The position numbers and the translations under genes were made by a program. Shown in pieces: positions 17,837 to 26,241 of a stretch of DNA of 36,881 bases (its first letter is position 1; the number at the start of each line of letters is the position of its first letter). Under the pieces are notes generated by a model. It was given only the letters and a program-made list of their open reading frames with translations. It ran no database searches and was not told where the DNA came from. Origin of the DNA: Candidatus Kaiserbacteria bacterium RIFCSPLOWO2_01_FULL_54_20. Lineage in GTDB: Bacteria; Patescibacteriota; Minisyncoccia; Phycocordibacterales; UBA2100. The DNA lies in assembly GCA_001783355.1 (NCBI GenBank), contig MFMA01000027.1, forward strand, positions 12,000-48,880, written 5' to 3'.

Positions 17837-18982
17837 ATGAAGACGATTCCTTATTCAACACAAGACATCAATGAGGCCGACATCAGGGCGGTGACGCGCG
17901 TTCTGCGTTCGCGCTGGCTCACTCAGGGACCCGCAGTTGAACGCTTCGAGAATGCGGTCGCGAAGAAAGTCGGTGCGAAGTTTGCGGTCGCGTTTAATTC
18001 CGGAACCGCGGCGCTTCACGCAGCCTACTTTGCTGCAGGGGTAAAGCAGGGAAATGAGGTAATCGTACCCGCTCTCACGTTTGCGGCCACGGCAAATGCC
18101 GCGCTCTATCTTGGCGCCACTCCCGTCTTCGCGGACTCTGATATGCATACGGGGAATATGAGCGTCGCCGACGCGTGCAAAAAGATAACCAACAGAACAA
18201 AAGCGATTGTGCCGGTGGATTACGGCGGCAGGCCGGCAGATTTGCGCGAGTTCCGTGCGCTTGCAAAGAAGCACAAGCTGGTCCTTATTGAAGATGCCGC
18301 GCAGGCGCTCGGCGCCACGTACCGGGGAAAGCCAGTCGGTACGCAGGCCGACATGACCATGTTCAGTTTCCATCCGGTGAAATCAATTACTACCGGAGAG
18401 GGCGGTGCCATCGTGACCGATAACAAGAAGTACAAAGATCTACTGAAGCTGTTTCGCAGCCATGGAATCAGCAAGGATGCGGGCACGTTCATCGTAAAGA
18501 GGGGACGCGGTGCGTGGTATCAGGAGATGCAGGTGCTTGGATTCAATTACCGCATGCAGGAAATGTCCGCCGCTCTCGGGGAAAGTCAGTTGAAGCGCCT
18601 AGATTCTTTTATAGCCAAGCGTTGCATTGCGGCACAGCGCTACGGAAAATTACTCAAGGATATTCCCGGACTTGTCCTGCCTCCTGACGAGCGACCTCAA
18701 GAGCAGTCGGCGTGGCACCTGTATCCGTTACGGCTCATACCCGCCATGGTGCATCGCCGCGACGAAATTCTTGCCAAGCTCCGCACAGCGGGCATCGGCG
18801 CGCAGGTTCATCATGTGCCGGTCCACCTGCATCTGTTTTACGAAAACTTGGGTTATAAAAAGGGACTCTGCCCCGACGCGGAAGCTTTTGTGAATTCAGA
18901 AATATCAATCCCGCTGTTTCCCGCCATAACTGCAAAACAGCAGGTATATATAGCTGAAGCCTTGCGGAAAATAATCGGTTAA
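17837..18982 (+). CDS. pseC: UDP-4-amino-4,6-dideoxy-N-acetyl-beta-L-altrosamine transaminase (PseC-type DegT aminotransferase)
   Basis: 381 aa. N-terminal IPYSTQDINEADIRAVTRVLRSRWLTQGPAVERFE and FSFHPVKSITTGEGGAIVTDN motifs are typical of PseC. Confidence 0.8.
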   Translation: MKTIPYSTQDINEADIRAVTRVLRSRWLTQGPAVERFENAVAKKVGAKFAVAFNSGTAALHAAYFAAGVKQGNEVIVPALTFAATANAALYLGATPVFADSDMHTGNMSVADACKKITNRTKAIVPVDYGGRPADLREFRALAKKHKLVLIEDAAQALGATYRGKPVGTQADMTMFSFHPVKSITTGEGGAIVTDNKKYKDLLKLFRSHGISKDAGTFIVKRGRGAWYQEMQVLGFNYRMQEMSAALGESQLKRLDSFIAKRCIAAQRYGKLLKDIPGLVLPPDERPQEQSAWHLYPLRLIPAMVHRRDEILAKLRTAGIGAQVHHVPVHLHLFYENLGYKKGLCPDAEAFVNSEISIPLFPAITAKQQVYIAEALRKIIG

Positions 18983-18989
18983 GAACAGT

Positions 18990-19601
18990 ATGAAAGCCCC
19001 GGATGCAATCGTCGTACTCTCAGGCGGCATTAAGCAAATCGCTGGCCGCTGGGTGAGTACTGACTTTACCGACCATGATGATAGGCAGGGGGCTCCTGGC
19101 GCTTCACTGAGGGTTGCGGCTGCCACGATACTCAGCAAGCGATATCCTTCGGCTCGGATCATAGCGAGCGGAGGCGCGGGCTATGATGTACCGGAAGACG
19201 CTCCAAAAAATCGTCCGCTCTTGTGCGAAATATTGAAAGCGGAGCTTGTCGCTGCAGACGTCCCCGAGGAACGTATTGAGCTTGAGAACGCATCCAACAC
19301 AACGTATCAACAGCTGCAACAGCTGGAGATTCTTATCCGACACAGATCATTTCGCAGCGTTGCCATTATTTCAAGCCGCTGGCACCTGCCGCGGATCGAG
19401 ACCATGCTCAATGTAAAATTCTCGGCATTACGAGCGAGCGTCGGGCTTGTGTCCGCCGAGGAGATATTGATTGAGGCGGACCCGGCGCGTTGGGGGCCCA
19501 TGATCGCGAAAGCATACGCCAGCGCATTTATGGCAGAAAGAATGGCCAACGAGAATCGGGGCATTTCGCAGATAAAAAATGGCACATATCAATTTCGATA
19601 A
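18990..19601 (+). CDS. DUF218 / YdcF-family protein
   Basis: 203 aa. AIVVLSGG start, SNTTYQQL and ISSRWHLPR motifs are characteristic of DUF218. Confidence 0.65.
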   Translation: MKAPDAIVVLSGGIKQIAGRWVSTDFTDHDDRQGAPGASLRVAAATILSKRYPSARIIASGGAGYDVPEDAPKNRPLLCEILKAELVAADVPEERIELENASNTTYQQLQQLEILIRHRSFRSVAIISSRWHLPRIETMLNVKFSALRASVGLVSAEEILIEADPARWGPMIAKAYASAFMAERMANENRGISQIKNGTYQFR

Positions 19602-19622
19602 ATCTCAATTACACTTGACTCC

Positions 19623-20279
19623 ATGAGGAAACTGAAGATAAGCATTCTTAACGACAGCCCGCGCAGCTGGTTTGTACCTTACGGGCAGGAGCTCGTTCTG
19701 AAGCTGAGAGAGCGCGGTCACGAAGTGGCCAGGATAGAAAATACGCAGGAATTACCACGCGGCGACATCGCTTTTTTCCTCAGTTGCGAACAAATCATCG
19801 GCAAAGACGTGCGGGACCGTAACACGAACAATATCGTTATTCACGCGAGCGCCCTGCCGCAAGGAAAGGGATGGTCCCCGCTTGCCTGGCAGATCCTGGA
19901 GGGAAAAAATGAGATTACGCTTACGATGTTTGAAGCGGCAGACGACGTTGACGCAGGAGACGTATTCGCGACAGAAACGATTACATTTGATGGTCATGAA
20001 CTGATTGACGAAATGCGGCAAAAGGAAGGAGAAGCAATCATCAGTCTCGCGCTCCGATTCGTTGACGCATATCCGAATGTCACCAGTCGTCCGCAGGAGG
20101 GGAAAGAGAGTATATACCCCAAACGCGCACCGAAAGACAGCGAGCTTGACCCAAAAAAGCCGCTTACCGAACTGTTCAACCAGTTGCGAGTCGCCGATAA
20201 TGAACGGTATCCGGCGTTCTTTACCCATCGCGGGCACACCTATGTGCTGAAGATATTCAAGAAAGACAATGAAAAATAA
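19623..20279 (+). CDS. Formyltransferase-fold protein (Formyl_trans_N-like) with a non-canonical active-site motif
   Basis: 218 aa. VIHASALPQGKG...DDVDAGDV matches the H-x-S-L-L-P-x-x-R/K-G and Asp motifs. The Asn of the canonical N-x-H is replaced by Val (NNIVIH; His codon at 19842-19844). Confidence 0.6.
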   Translation: MRKLKISILNDSPRSWFVPYGQELVLKLRERGHEVARIENTQELPRGDIAFFLSCEQIIGKDVRDRNTNNIVIHASALPQGKGWSPLAWQILEGKNEITLTMFEAADDVDAGDVFATETITFDGHELIDEMRQKEGEAIISLALRFVDAYPNVTSRPQEGKESIYPKRAPKDSELDPKKPLTELFNQLRVADNERYPAFFTHRGHTYVLKIFKKDNEK

Positions 20280-21318
20280 AAGTATGAAAGTAAGCGGGCG
20301 CGCCGTAGGAGCGGGTCATCCGGCCCTCATCGTCGCCGAGCTCTCCGGCAACCACAACCATGATATAAAACGTGCCATAAAGATAATAGATGCCGCGGCC
20401 GAAGCGGGTGCCGATGCGATAAAACTTCAGACGTATACGCCGGATACACTCACTATTAAGTCCGCCACCAAGCCTTTTCGCGTAACGTGGAAAGGGAAGC
20501 GCCGCACCCTGTACGATTTATACGAGGAAGCCTACACACCGTGGGAGTGGCACAAGGAACTATTTGCGCACGCAAAAAAACGCGGCCTTATCTGTTTTTC
20601 CACCCCGTTTGATAATTCTGCCGTGGATTTTCTGGAGAAACTCGGACAACCGATATACAAAGTTGCCTCATTTGAGATCATCGATATCCCGCTCCTTGAG
20701 CGCATCGGCAAAACAAAAAAGCCGGTCATACTGTCGCGGGGCATGGCATCAGTAGAAGAAATTCGTTTAGCTCTGAAGACGTTGCGAAAGTTCGGAACCA
20801 AAGATATTGTCCTTCTGCACTGCATAAGTGCGTATCCTGCGCGCCCGAAAGACATGCACCTTTCCACCATTCCCGACATGCGCACGCGCTTCGGCGTTAG
20901 TGTCGGGCTTTCCGACCACACGCTCGGAATAGATGTCGCTATTGCCGCCGTTGCTCTCGGCGCCGTCATTATTGAAAAGCATCTCACGCTCCGACGCAAA
21001 GATGGCGGGCCTGATTCGAGTTTCTCCCTGGAACCGAACGAATTTGCAGAAATGGTGCGCGGGGTGCGAACGGTTGAGGATGCGCTCGGGCGACCCTCAT
21101 ATTCCGAGAGCACGTACGAAAAAAAGAATATTGTTTTTCGCAAATCTCTTTTCGTCGTGCGTGACATGAAGAAAGGGGAAACGTTCACGCCGGATAACGT
21201 ACGCTCCATTAGGCCCGGGAACGGACTCGCGCCCAAGTTCTACCGTTCAGTCGTAGGGAAACGTGCCGCTCGCGATATCTCCCGCGCGACCCCTTTGCAC
21301 AATGGTTTGATAGCGTAG
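20269..21318 (+). CDS. pseI: Pseudaminic acid synthase (NeuB family with C-terminal SAF domain)
   Basis: 349 aa. LIVAELSGNHNHD, ADAIKLQTYT and SDHTLG motifs, followed by a C-terminal SAF-like segment. An alternative ATG at 20284 avoids the 11-nt overlap with the upstream gene. Confidence 0.8.
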   Translation: MKNKSMKVSGRAVGAGHPALIVAELSGNHNHDIKRAIKIIDAAAEAGADAIKLQTYTPDTLTIKSATKPFRVTWKGKRRTLYDLYEEAYTPWEWHKELFAHAKKRGLICFSTPFDNSAVDFLEKLGQPIYKVASFEIIDIPLLERIGKTKKPVILSRGMASVEEIRLALKTLRKFGTKDIVLLHCISAYPARPKDMHLSTIPDMRTRFGVSVGLSDHTLGIDVAIAAVALGAVIIEKHLTLRRKDGGPDSSFSLEPNEFAEMVRGVRTVEDALGRPSYSESTYEKKNIVFRKSLFVVRDMKKGETFTPDNVRSIRPGNGLAPKFYRSVVGKRAARDISRATPLHNGLIA

Positions 21319-21331
21319 TATTGAAAATATC

Positions 21332-22021
21332 ATGAGCGATCATTCTGTACTCGTAGTTATTCCGGCCAAGGCGCGCTCTACGCGCATTCCGGGAAAGAAT
21401 CTGAAAGACTTGTGCGGCAAGCCGATGATGGCCTACATCATAGAAACGGCCAAAGGAGCGAAAGGTGTGGACCGCGTTGTTGTGACGACAGAATCCGAGG
21501 AGATTAAGAAGGTTGCCGAACGGTACGGTGCGGAAGTTCCGTTTCTCCGTCCGCCGGAACTCACCTCGGACACGGCGACTTCCCAAGAAGTGGTCTCGCA
21601 CGCGCTTTCCGCACTCAAAGCGCACGATGGGTACGACCCAGAGTACGTACTCTTGCTCTACCCAACATCGCCCCTACTCTCGCGCGAGCGGGTTGAGCAG
21701 GCCATCGCTCTCGCGATCGAGAAAGATGCTGATTCGGTGGTGAGCGGCTACTACGATAAGGGGCATTATTGGATAGAAGATAAAGGTGCGTGGAAAAGAC
21801 TGTACCCGGTGCACCCGGTCAATAGCCAGTACCAGGACCCGCTCTTCAAAGAGAACGGCGCGATATACATGACGCGCGCTTTGGCACTGCAGAAGCAAAA
21901 GCAATTGCTCGCCGATCGTGTAGAGGTGCTTCTGATGAATCCTGACGAGAATATTGACGTTGATTATCCGGAGGATTTCGCACGCGTTGAAGCTACCCTT
22001 CGCGATAGGCGCGGAACATAA
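21332..22021 (+). CDS. pseF: CMP-pseudaminic acid synthetase / acylneuraminate cytidylyltransferase family
   Basis: 229 aa. VIPAKARSTRIPGKNLKDLCGKPMMAY N-terminal motif of the CTP_transf_3 family. Directly follows pseI. Confidence 0.8.
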   Translation: MSDHSVLVVIPAKARSTRIPGKNLKDLCGKPMMAYIIETAKGAKGVDRVVVTTESEEIKKVAERYGAEVPFLRPPELTSDTATSQEVVSHALSALKAHDGYDPEYVLLLYPTSPLLSRERVEQAIALAIEKDADSVVSGYYDKGHYWIEDKGAWKRLYPVHPVNSQYQDPLFKENGAIYMTRALALQKQKQLLADRVEVLLMNPDENIDVDYPEDFARVEATLRDRRGT

Positions 22022-22148
22022 CGGCAGGAAAGGCTGTATCGGTAAAAAATGGACTTTTCTGCGGCAGATGTCGTCGCATTTCTAAAAAGACGCCCCGATC
22101 TTGTTGCGATCAATCCAGGAGCGCGACAGAACATCCCGCCGGGTTGAT

Positions 22149-24062
22149 CTAGAAGCGCGGATCTATCGTTTTAAGCGCTTTCATTCCAGCTGCGAAGCCC
22201 TCACCGCCGAATTTATGTCCCTGCCAGATCTCCGGGAGTATCCAGTGTTTTGTACGAACGAGATACGCAAGAAGCATTTTAAAATCGATCGCACCATCGC
22301 CGATACGCAGCCCCTCGCCTCCCCAATTAGCGGCATCAGAAACGTGAATATACTTTGTAACGGGCAAGATCGTTTTGACGAAATCCTCGAACTTTTTGCC
22401 ATACCGATTGCAGTAAAGCGCGGCATGCGATGTGTCGAACACGATCCCGTACCCTGTCTTTTTTGAGAACTCAGCTATTTCTTCGGCGTCCATGAAATTG
22501 GCGTGATGCCACGTTCCGCCGAAATACCACGGACTTCCGGGCATATTCTCGACGAGAAGTTGAAGTCCCTCGTCATGGAGCTTCGACAGGGAATCAAGCA
22601 GGTTCGCATTTAGCTCCTTTTTGTGTTCTAGAAGCGGTCGTTCCATGTCCATTCCGCCAGGATGGATCACCACCTTGACTAAACCATCGCGATTCCGGAA
22701 ATTTTTCTTGAGGCGTCGTGCATGGTCGAGCGCCTTGTTAAAGAAAGCAACAGACCGCCTTCTTGTTTCCTTGTTCCTACTCGACAAGTCAAGCAGAAGG
22801 TCGCCGTCATACTCAGGCCCATGCACGACCAAGTCTCGATCATACGTGGTAGTACCGACACGATCGTGATGGATATCGCTATCACTGAGGTGGATCTCGA
22901 CAAAATCCGAATTTAGATGCAGGAGCGTGTCAATATCCGTCATCCGCCCCACGACGCCCCACTTGCGATTGAACGTGAGTTTCTCGATGTCTGACGGCGG
23001 CCTGGGGAGTCCTACGTCGGACTCGAGAATATAATCATCTTTCTTTATGTCGCGCGTGGTCACGGCGCTTCCAATGAAATAATCATACTTGATCGGTGTC
23101 GTGCCCTTACCGGGGCTTTTCACAGTGATATCTTTCGCACTCAAGATGCTGCCTTTTTTAATGGCCCGCGCAGCAACAAGAGATTTCGACAAATTTTCCC
23201 GGTTCAAAAACTCTCCACGAGAGGGATACCGTACAGGCTCTCCGATCCCTATCTCCGTAGCGCGTATTCCTCTGACAAGTTCTTTAAACTCATCAGGTTC
23301 TAGGCTGGCTTTGTGGTCAGGCCCCGGCAGTGTTCTATCGAGCGTTATGTGCTTTTCGATCACCCGGGCACCAAACGCAACCGCCGCGATAGAAATTGCG
23401 ATCCCGCTCTCGTGACCGGAGTATCCAACCGGACGTCCTCCGGATATCTCCTTGAGCCGCGGTAGGAATGCAAGATTAATGTCATAGTAGGGTGCCGGGT
23501 ACGTACTATTGCAGTGAAGGAACATGTAATTGGCTTTCTCTTTCTCAAGGAATTTAGCAACGTGCTCGATCTCCGAAACAAAAGACATGCCTGTCGATAT
23601 GAGCATTGGTTTTCTCATCCGGGCGACCTTTCTCAGAAGTGGAAGGTTGAACATGTCCGGAGAGCCGATCTTGAAGAACTGGACCCCAAGCTTGTTGAGA
23701 AAGCGCATACTCTTCTCATCCCAAGGCGTACATGCAAAACGTATGCCTTTCTTTTTTGCATACATCGCAAGCGACTTCATTTCGTTTTCGCTCAACTCGT
23801 TCTTTATGATGTGTTCAAGCAGATACTGCTGTGCATGTTCTTCACCCTGCGGGTTTCGGAGAACGTCACTTTTGTATACATCCTGCATTGAACGTTTCTG
23901 GAATTTTACGCAATCAGCGCCGGCATTCTTGGCCGCGTCGATAAGAGCACGCGCCATTTTTACATCACCTTGGTGAGCGAGACCCACCTCGGCAATAATG
24001 TAGGTCGGGTGCTTGTCGCCTATAAGGCGGCTACCAATACGAAATTCACGCACTTCACTCAT
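22149..24062 (-). CDS. Fusion protein: NeuB-like sialic-acid-type synthase plus SAF domain, fused to a xylose-isomerase-like TIM barrel (sugar phosphate isomerase/epimerase, AP_endonuc_2-like)
   Basis: ATG at 24062 (MSEVREFRIGS...). The track ORF starts at the GTG at 24077, overlapping the SDR stop by 7 nt. The N-terminal ~355 aa carry IIAEVGLAHQGD, CVKFQKR, SGHESG and a SAF segment. The C-terminal ~275 aa (nt ~22152-22976) have TIM-barrel isomerase-like motifs (VVIHPG, LLVENMPG, FDTSHA, HVSD). Confidence 0.8.
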   Translation of the reverse strand: MSEVREFRIGSRLIGDKHPTYIIAEVGLAHQGDVKMARALIDAAKNAGADCVKFQKRSMQDVYKSDVLRNPQGEEHAQQYLLEHIIKNELSENEMKSLAMYAKKKGIRFACTPWDEKSMRFLNKLGVQFFKIGSPDMFNLPLLRKVARMRKPMLISTGMSFVSEIEHVAKFLEKEKANYMFLHCNSTYPAPYYDINLAFLPRLKEISGGRPVGYSGHESGIAISIAAVAFGARVIEKHITLDRTLPGPDHKASLEPDEFKELVRGIRATEIGIGEPVRYPSRGEFLNRENLSKSLVAARAIKKGSILSAKDITVKSPGKGTTPIKYDYFIGSAVTTRDIKKDDYILESDVGLPRPPSDIEKLTFNRKWGVVGRMTDIDTLLHLNSDFVEIHLSDSDIHHDRVGTTTYDRDLVVHGPEYDGDLLLDLSSRNKETRRRSVAFFNKALDHARRLKKNFRNRDGLVKVVIHPGGMDMERPLLEHKKELNANLLDSLSKLHDEGLQLLVENMPGSPWYFGGTWHHANFMDAEEIAEFSKKTGYGIVFDTSHAALYCNRYGKKFEDFVKTILPVTKYIHVSDAANWGGEGLRIGDGAIDFKMLLAYLVRTKHWILPEIWQGHKFGGEGFAAGMKALKTIDPRF

Positions 24063-24070
24063 GCGCTTTT

Positions 24071-24853
24071 TTACCACGCCGTGAAGCCACCGTCAACGGT
24101 AACGATCGAACCAGTTGCGTAGGATGAGGCATCTGAAGCAAGAAAGATAACGATACCGGACGCCTCTTCAGGCTTTGCCATTCGTCCCAGGGGCGTCTTT
24201 TCGCTGTATCGTTTTACGAATTCGGGACTTTGGTCATTCTCAAAACCACCGAACACGATTGCGTTGACGCGGACCCCGTTCTTTCCCCAGAGCGTCGCCA
24301 GATATTTCGTGATGTTCAAGACGGCAGCCTTGCTCGCGCCGTACACGGCAGGCTTCTCGAAACCGGCGGGATATATGCGTTGGTCCGGCGCGACGACCCC
24401 GTAAATAGATGCAATATTGATGATAGATGCACCAGACCCCATAAGCGGATACAGAGTGCGACACACGAGCATGATGCCGGTTAGATTCACGCGGAGTTCC
24501 TTTTCCCACTTTTCAATCGGGTAGTTCTCGAACGTTATTCCATTGTTACCACCATCCTCCACCCGCGGGTTAAATGCCGCATTGTTGATAAGAACATCGA
24601 TCCCGGTGAACTTCTCCTTGATCTGATCCGCGGCCTCGTGTAATGCACTCTCGTCGGTAATGTCGCATTGAAAGTAAGTGGCATCGGCATTCGCTGCTGC
24701 GAGTCGGGCTTTCCCCTCTGTCGGCGAAAGGATGTCGAGTGCGATCACACTTGCTCCCTCGTTCACGAGTGCACGCGCGAGAGACAGCCCTAAAAAACCG
24801 CATGCTCCGGTGAGCGCAACCCTTTTTCCGCGTATGGAGATGGTCTGGTTCAT
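24071..24853 (-). CDS. Short-chain dehydrogenase/reductase (SDR)
   Basis: 260 aa. TGACGFLG (TGxxGxxG) and YGASKAAV (Y-x3-K) motifs. ATGA overlap with the upstream aminotransferase. Confidence 0.85.
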   Translation of the reverse strand: MNQTISIRGKRVALTGACGFLGLSLARALVNEGASVIALDILSPTEGKARLAAANADATYFQCDITDESALHEAADQIKEKFTGIDVLINNAAFNPRVEDGGNNGITFENYPIEKWEKELRVNLTGIMLVCRTLYPLMGSGASIINIASIYGVVAPDQRIYPAGFEKPAVYGASKAAVLNITKYLATLWGKNGVRVNAIVFGGFENDQSPEFVKRYSEKTPLGRMAKPEEASGIVIFLASDASSYATGSIVTVDGGFTAW

Positions 24854-26202
24854 GCAGGTTTCTTTTTAGCGATACCGGTCGATCGGTCGCCCACGTTCTT
24901 GAATATCTGCTCGAGAACACTGCCTCGAAGACGTTTCTTTAGATCGCCCGTGTTGAGCGCATCTGCAACGAGAGCGAACACCTCATCGTACACCTCAAGC
25001 GTATAGGTAGCGTGTTCTTCCGTGTGTGCGAAAGAGGGTAGGTGATACCCGATGAAGAGGATGCCGCGTGCGGCGCATTCCTGTTGCACGAATGTTTTTA
25101 TTTCTAGTGGTTTAATGCCGTTCGTCTCGGAAAAGCTTATTGCTGTTTTTTGAGGATACCCGAGTATCGACATGCTCTCCTCTAGCTTGTGCTTTGCAAT
25201 AAGCTCGTGTACGCCGTTTTTGAGCATTGTTCCTATTTTCCAAATGTGTTCGTACACAGGTTCCCGCCTCAACTTACCGATCGACGCTACTGTTGCGGCA
25301 AGAGAGAGCGCCTCTCCTGCATATGTGAACGAGAAGAAAACCTCCTCGAATTCTTCCATGATATCCCGCCTTCCAGTCACTGCAGCGATCGGCATGCCGT
25401 TTGCCATTGCTTTTCCGAAAGTCGCAAGGTCTGGCGTAACCTTGAAAAATTCCGATGCGCCTCCGAGTGCCCACCGAAAACCACAGAAGAGCTCATCGTA
25501 AATAAGAACGATTTTTTCTTTAGTAGCAAGTGCGCGCACGGCCTCAAGAAAACCCGGTTTTGGCTCAATTACATATACCGGTTCCATGATGATCGCCGCT
25601 ATATCACCCTTATTATCAGCGATGATCTTTTCGAATGAAGCAATGTCATTATATTGGGCCGGGAAGGAGAGTTTTTTATTGAATGCAGCGACGCCCTTAT
25701 CACGCTCGGTCGTCGCTATAAACCAGTCGTGCCAGCCGTGATAACCGCACGTGATGATCTTCTCTTTGCCGGTGTATGCGCGCGCAAGCTTCACCGCGCC
25801 AGTGGTCGCATCGCTGCCGTTCTTGCCGAACCGCACCATTTCTGCGCAGGGGATGACTTCCGTAATTAATTTTGCAACCTCTATCTCAAGGGGGTGTGGA
25901 AGCGTGAACATGGTCCCGTCCTTCAGCTGTGCTTGTATCGCAGTGTCGACGTCGGGGTCGCCGTATCCAAGGATAAATGGCCCGAGCCCCATGCCGTAGT
26001 CTATATATGTATTTCCATCGACGTCCGTTACCTCACACCCCTTGGCAGATCTCAGGAACAGCGGGGAGGCTCCAACGCTCCATTGCGTGTACCCTTTTGA
26101 AAGTGTCTGCGTAGCGCAAGGAATGAGTCTCTTAGCTTCTTCGAGAAGACGCAGCGATTCTTCAAGCCTCGGCGGTCCTCTCCTTTTGTAAGACGAATCC
26201 AT
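24850..26202 (-). CDS. Class III PLP aminotransferase (glutamate-1-semialdehyde 2,1-aminomutase-like)
   Basis: 450 aa. GSDATTGAVKLAR, IMEPV and DLATFGKAMANGMP (PLP Lys) motifs. Confidence 0.85.
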   Translation of the reverse strand: MDSSYKRRGPPRLEESLRLLEEAKRLIPCATQTLSKGYTQWSVGASPLFLRSAKGCEVTDVDGNTYIDYGMGLGPFILGYGDPDVDTAIQAQLKDGTMFTLPHPLEIEVAKLITEVIPCAEMVRFGKNGSDATTGAVKLARAYTGKEKIITCGYHGWHDWFIATTERDKGVAAFNKKLSFPAQYNDIASFEKIIADNKGDIAAIIMEPVYVIEPKPGFLEAVRALATKEKIVLIYDELFCGFRWALGGASEFFKVTPDLATFGKAMANGMPIAAVTGRRDIMEEFEEVFFSFTYAGEALSLAATVASIGKLRREPVYEHIWKIGTMLKNGVHELIAKHKLEESMSILGYPQKTAISFSETNGIKPLEIKTFVQQECAARGILFIGYHLPSFAHTEEHATYTLEVYDEVFALVADALNTGDLKKRLRGSVLEQIFKNVGDRSTGIAKKKPA

Positions 26203-26211
26203 AATATGGCC

Positions 26212-26220
26212 ATTCTAGCA
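26212..26220 (-). promoter_or_regulatory. Extended -10 promoter candidate TGcTAGAAT, 9 nt upstream of the ATG at 26202
   Basis: The minus strand reads TGCTAGAAT-GGCCATATT-ATG, in the 39-bp spacer between the cytidylyltransferase and the aminotransferase. This implies a 2-3 nt or absent leader. Confidence 0.4.
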
Positions 26221-26241
26221 ACTACGCAGGCCCGGTGCGAC

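Noticed and set aside
20532-21236. 234-aa ORF on the - strand
   Set aside because: It is antisense to pseI, with a Ser/Arg-rich shadow composition and no motifs.
22022-22148. Expected a bidirectional terminator between convergent pseF and the NeuB fusion gene
   Set aside because: Only 3-5-bp stems and no stem plus T-tract combination were found by eye.
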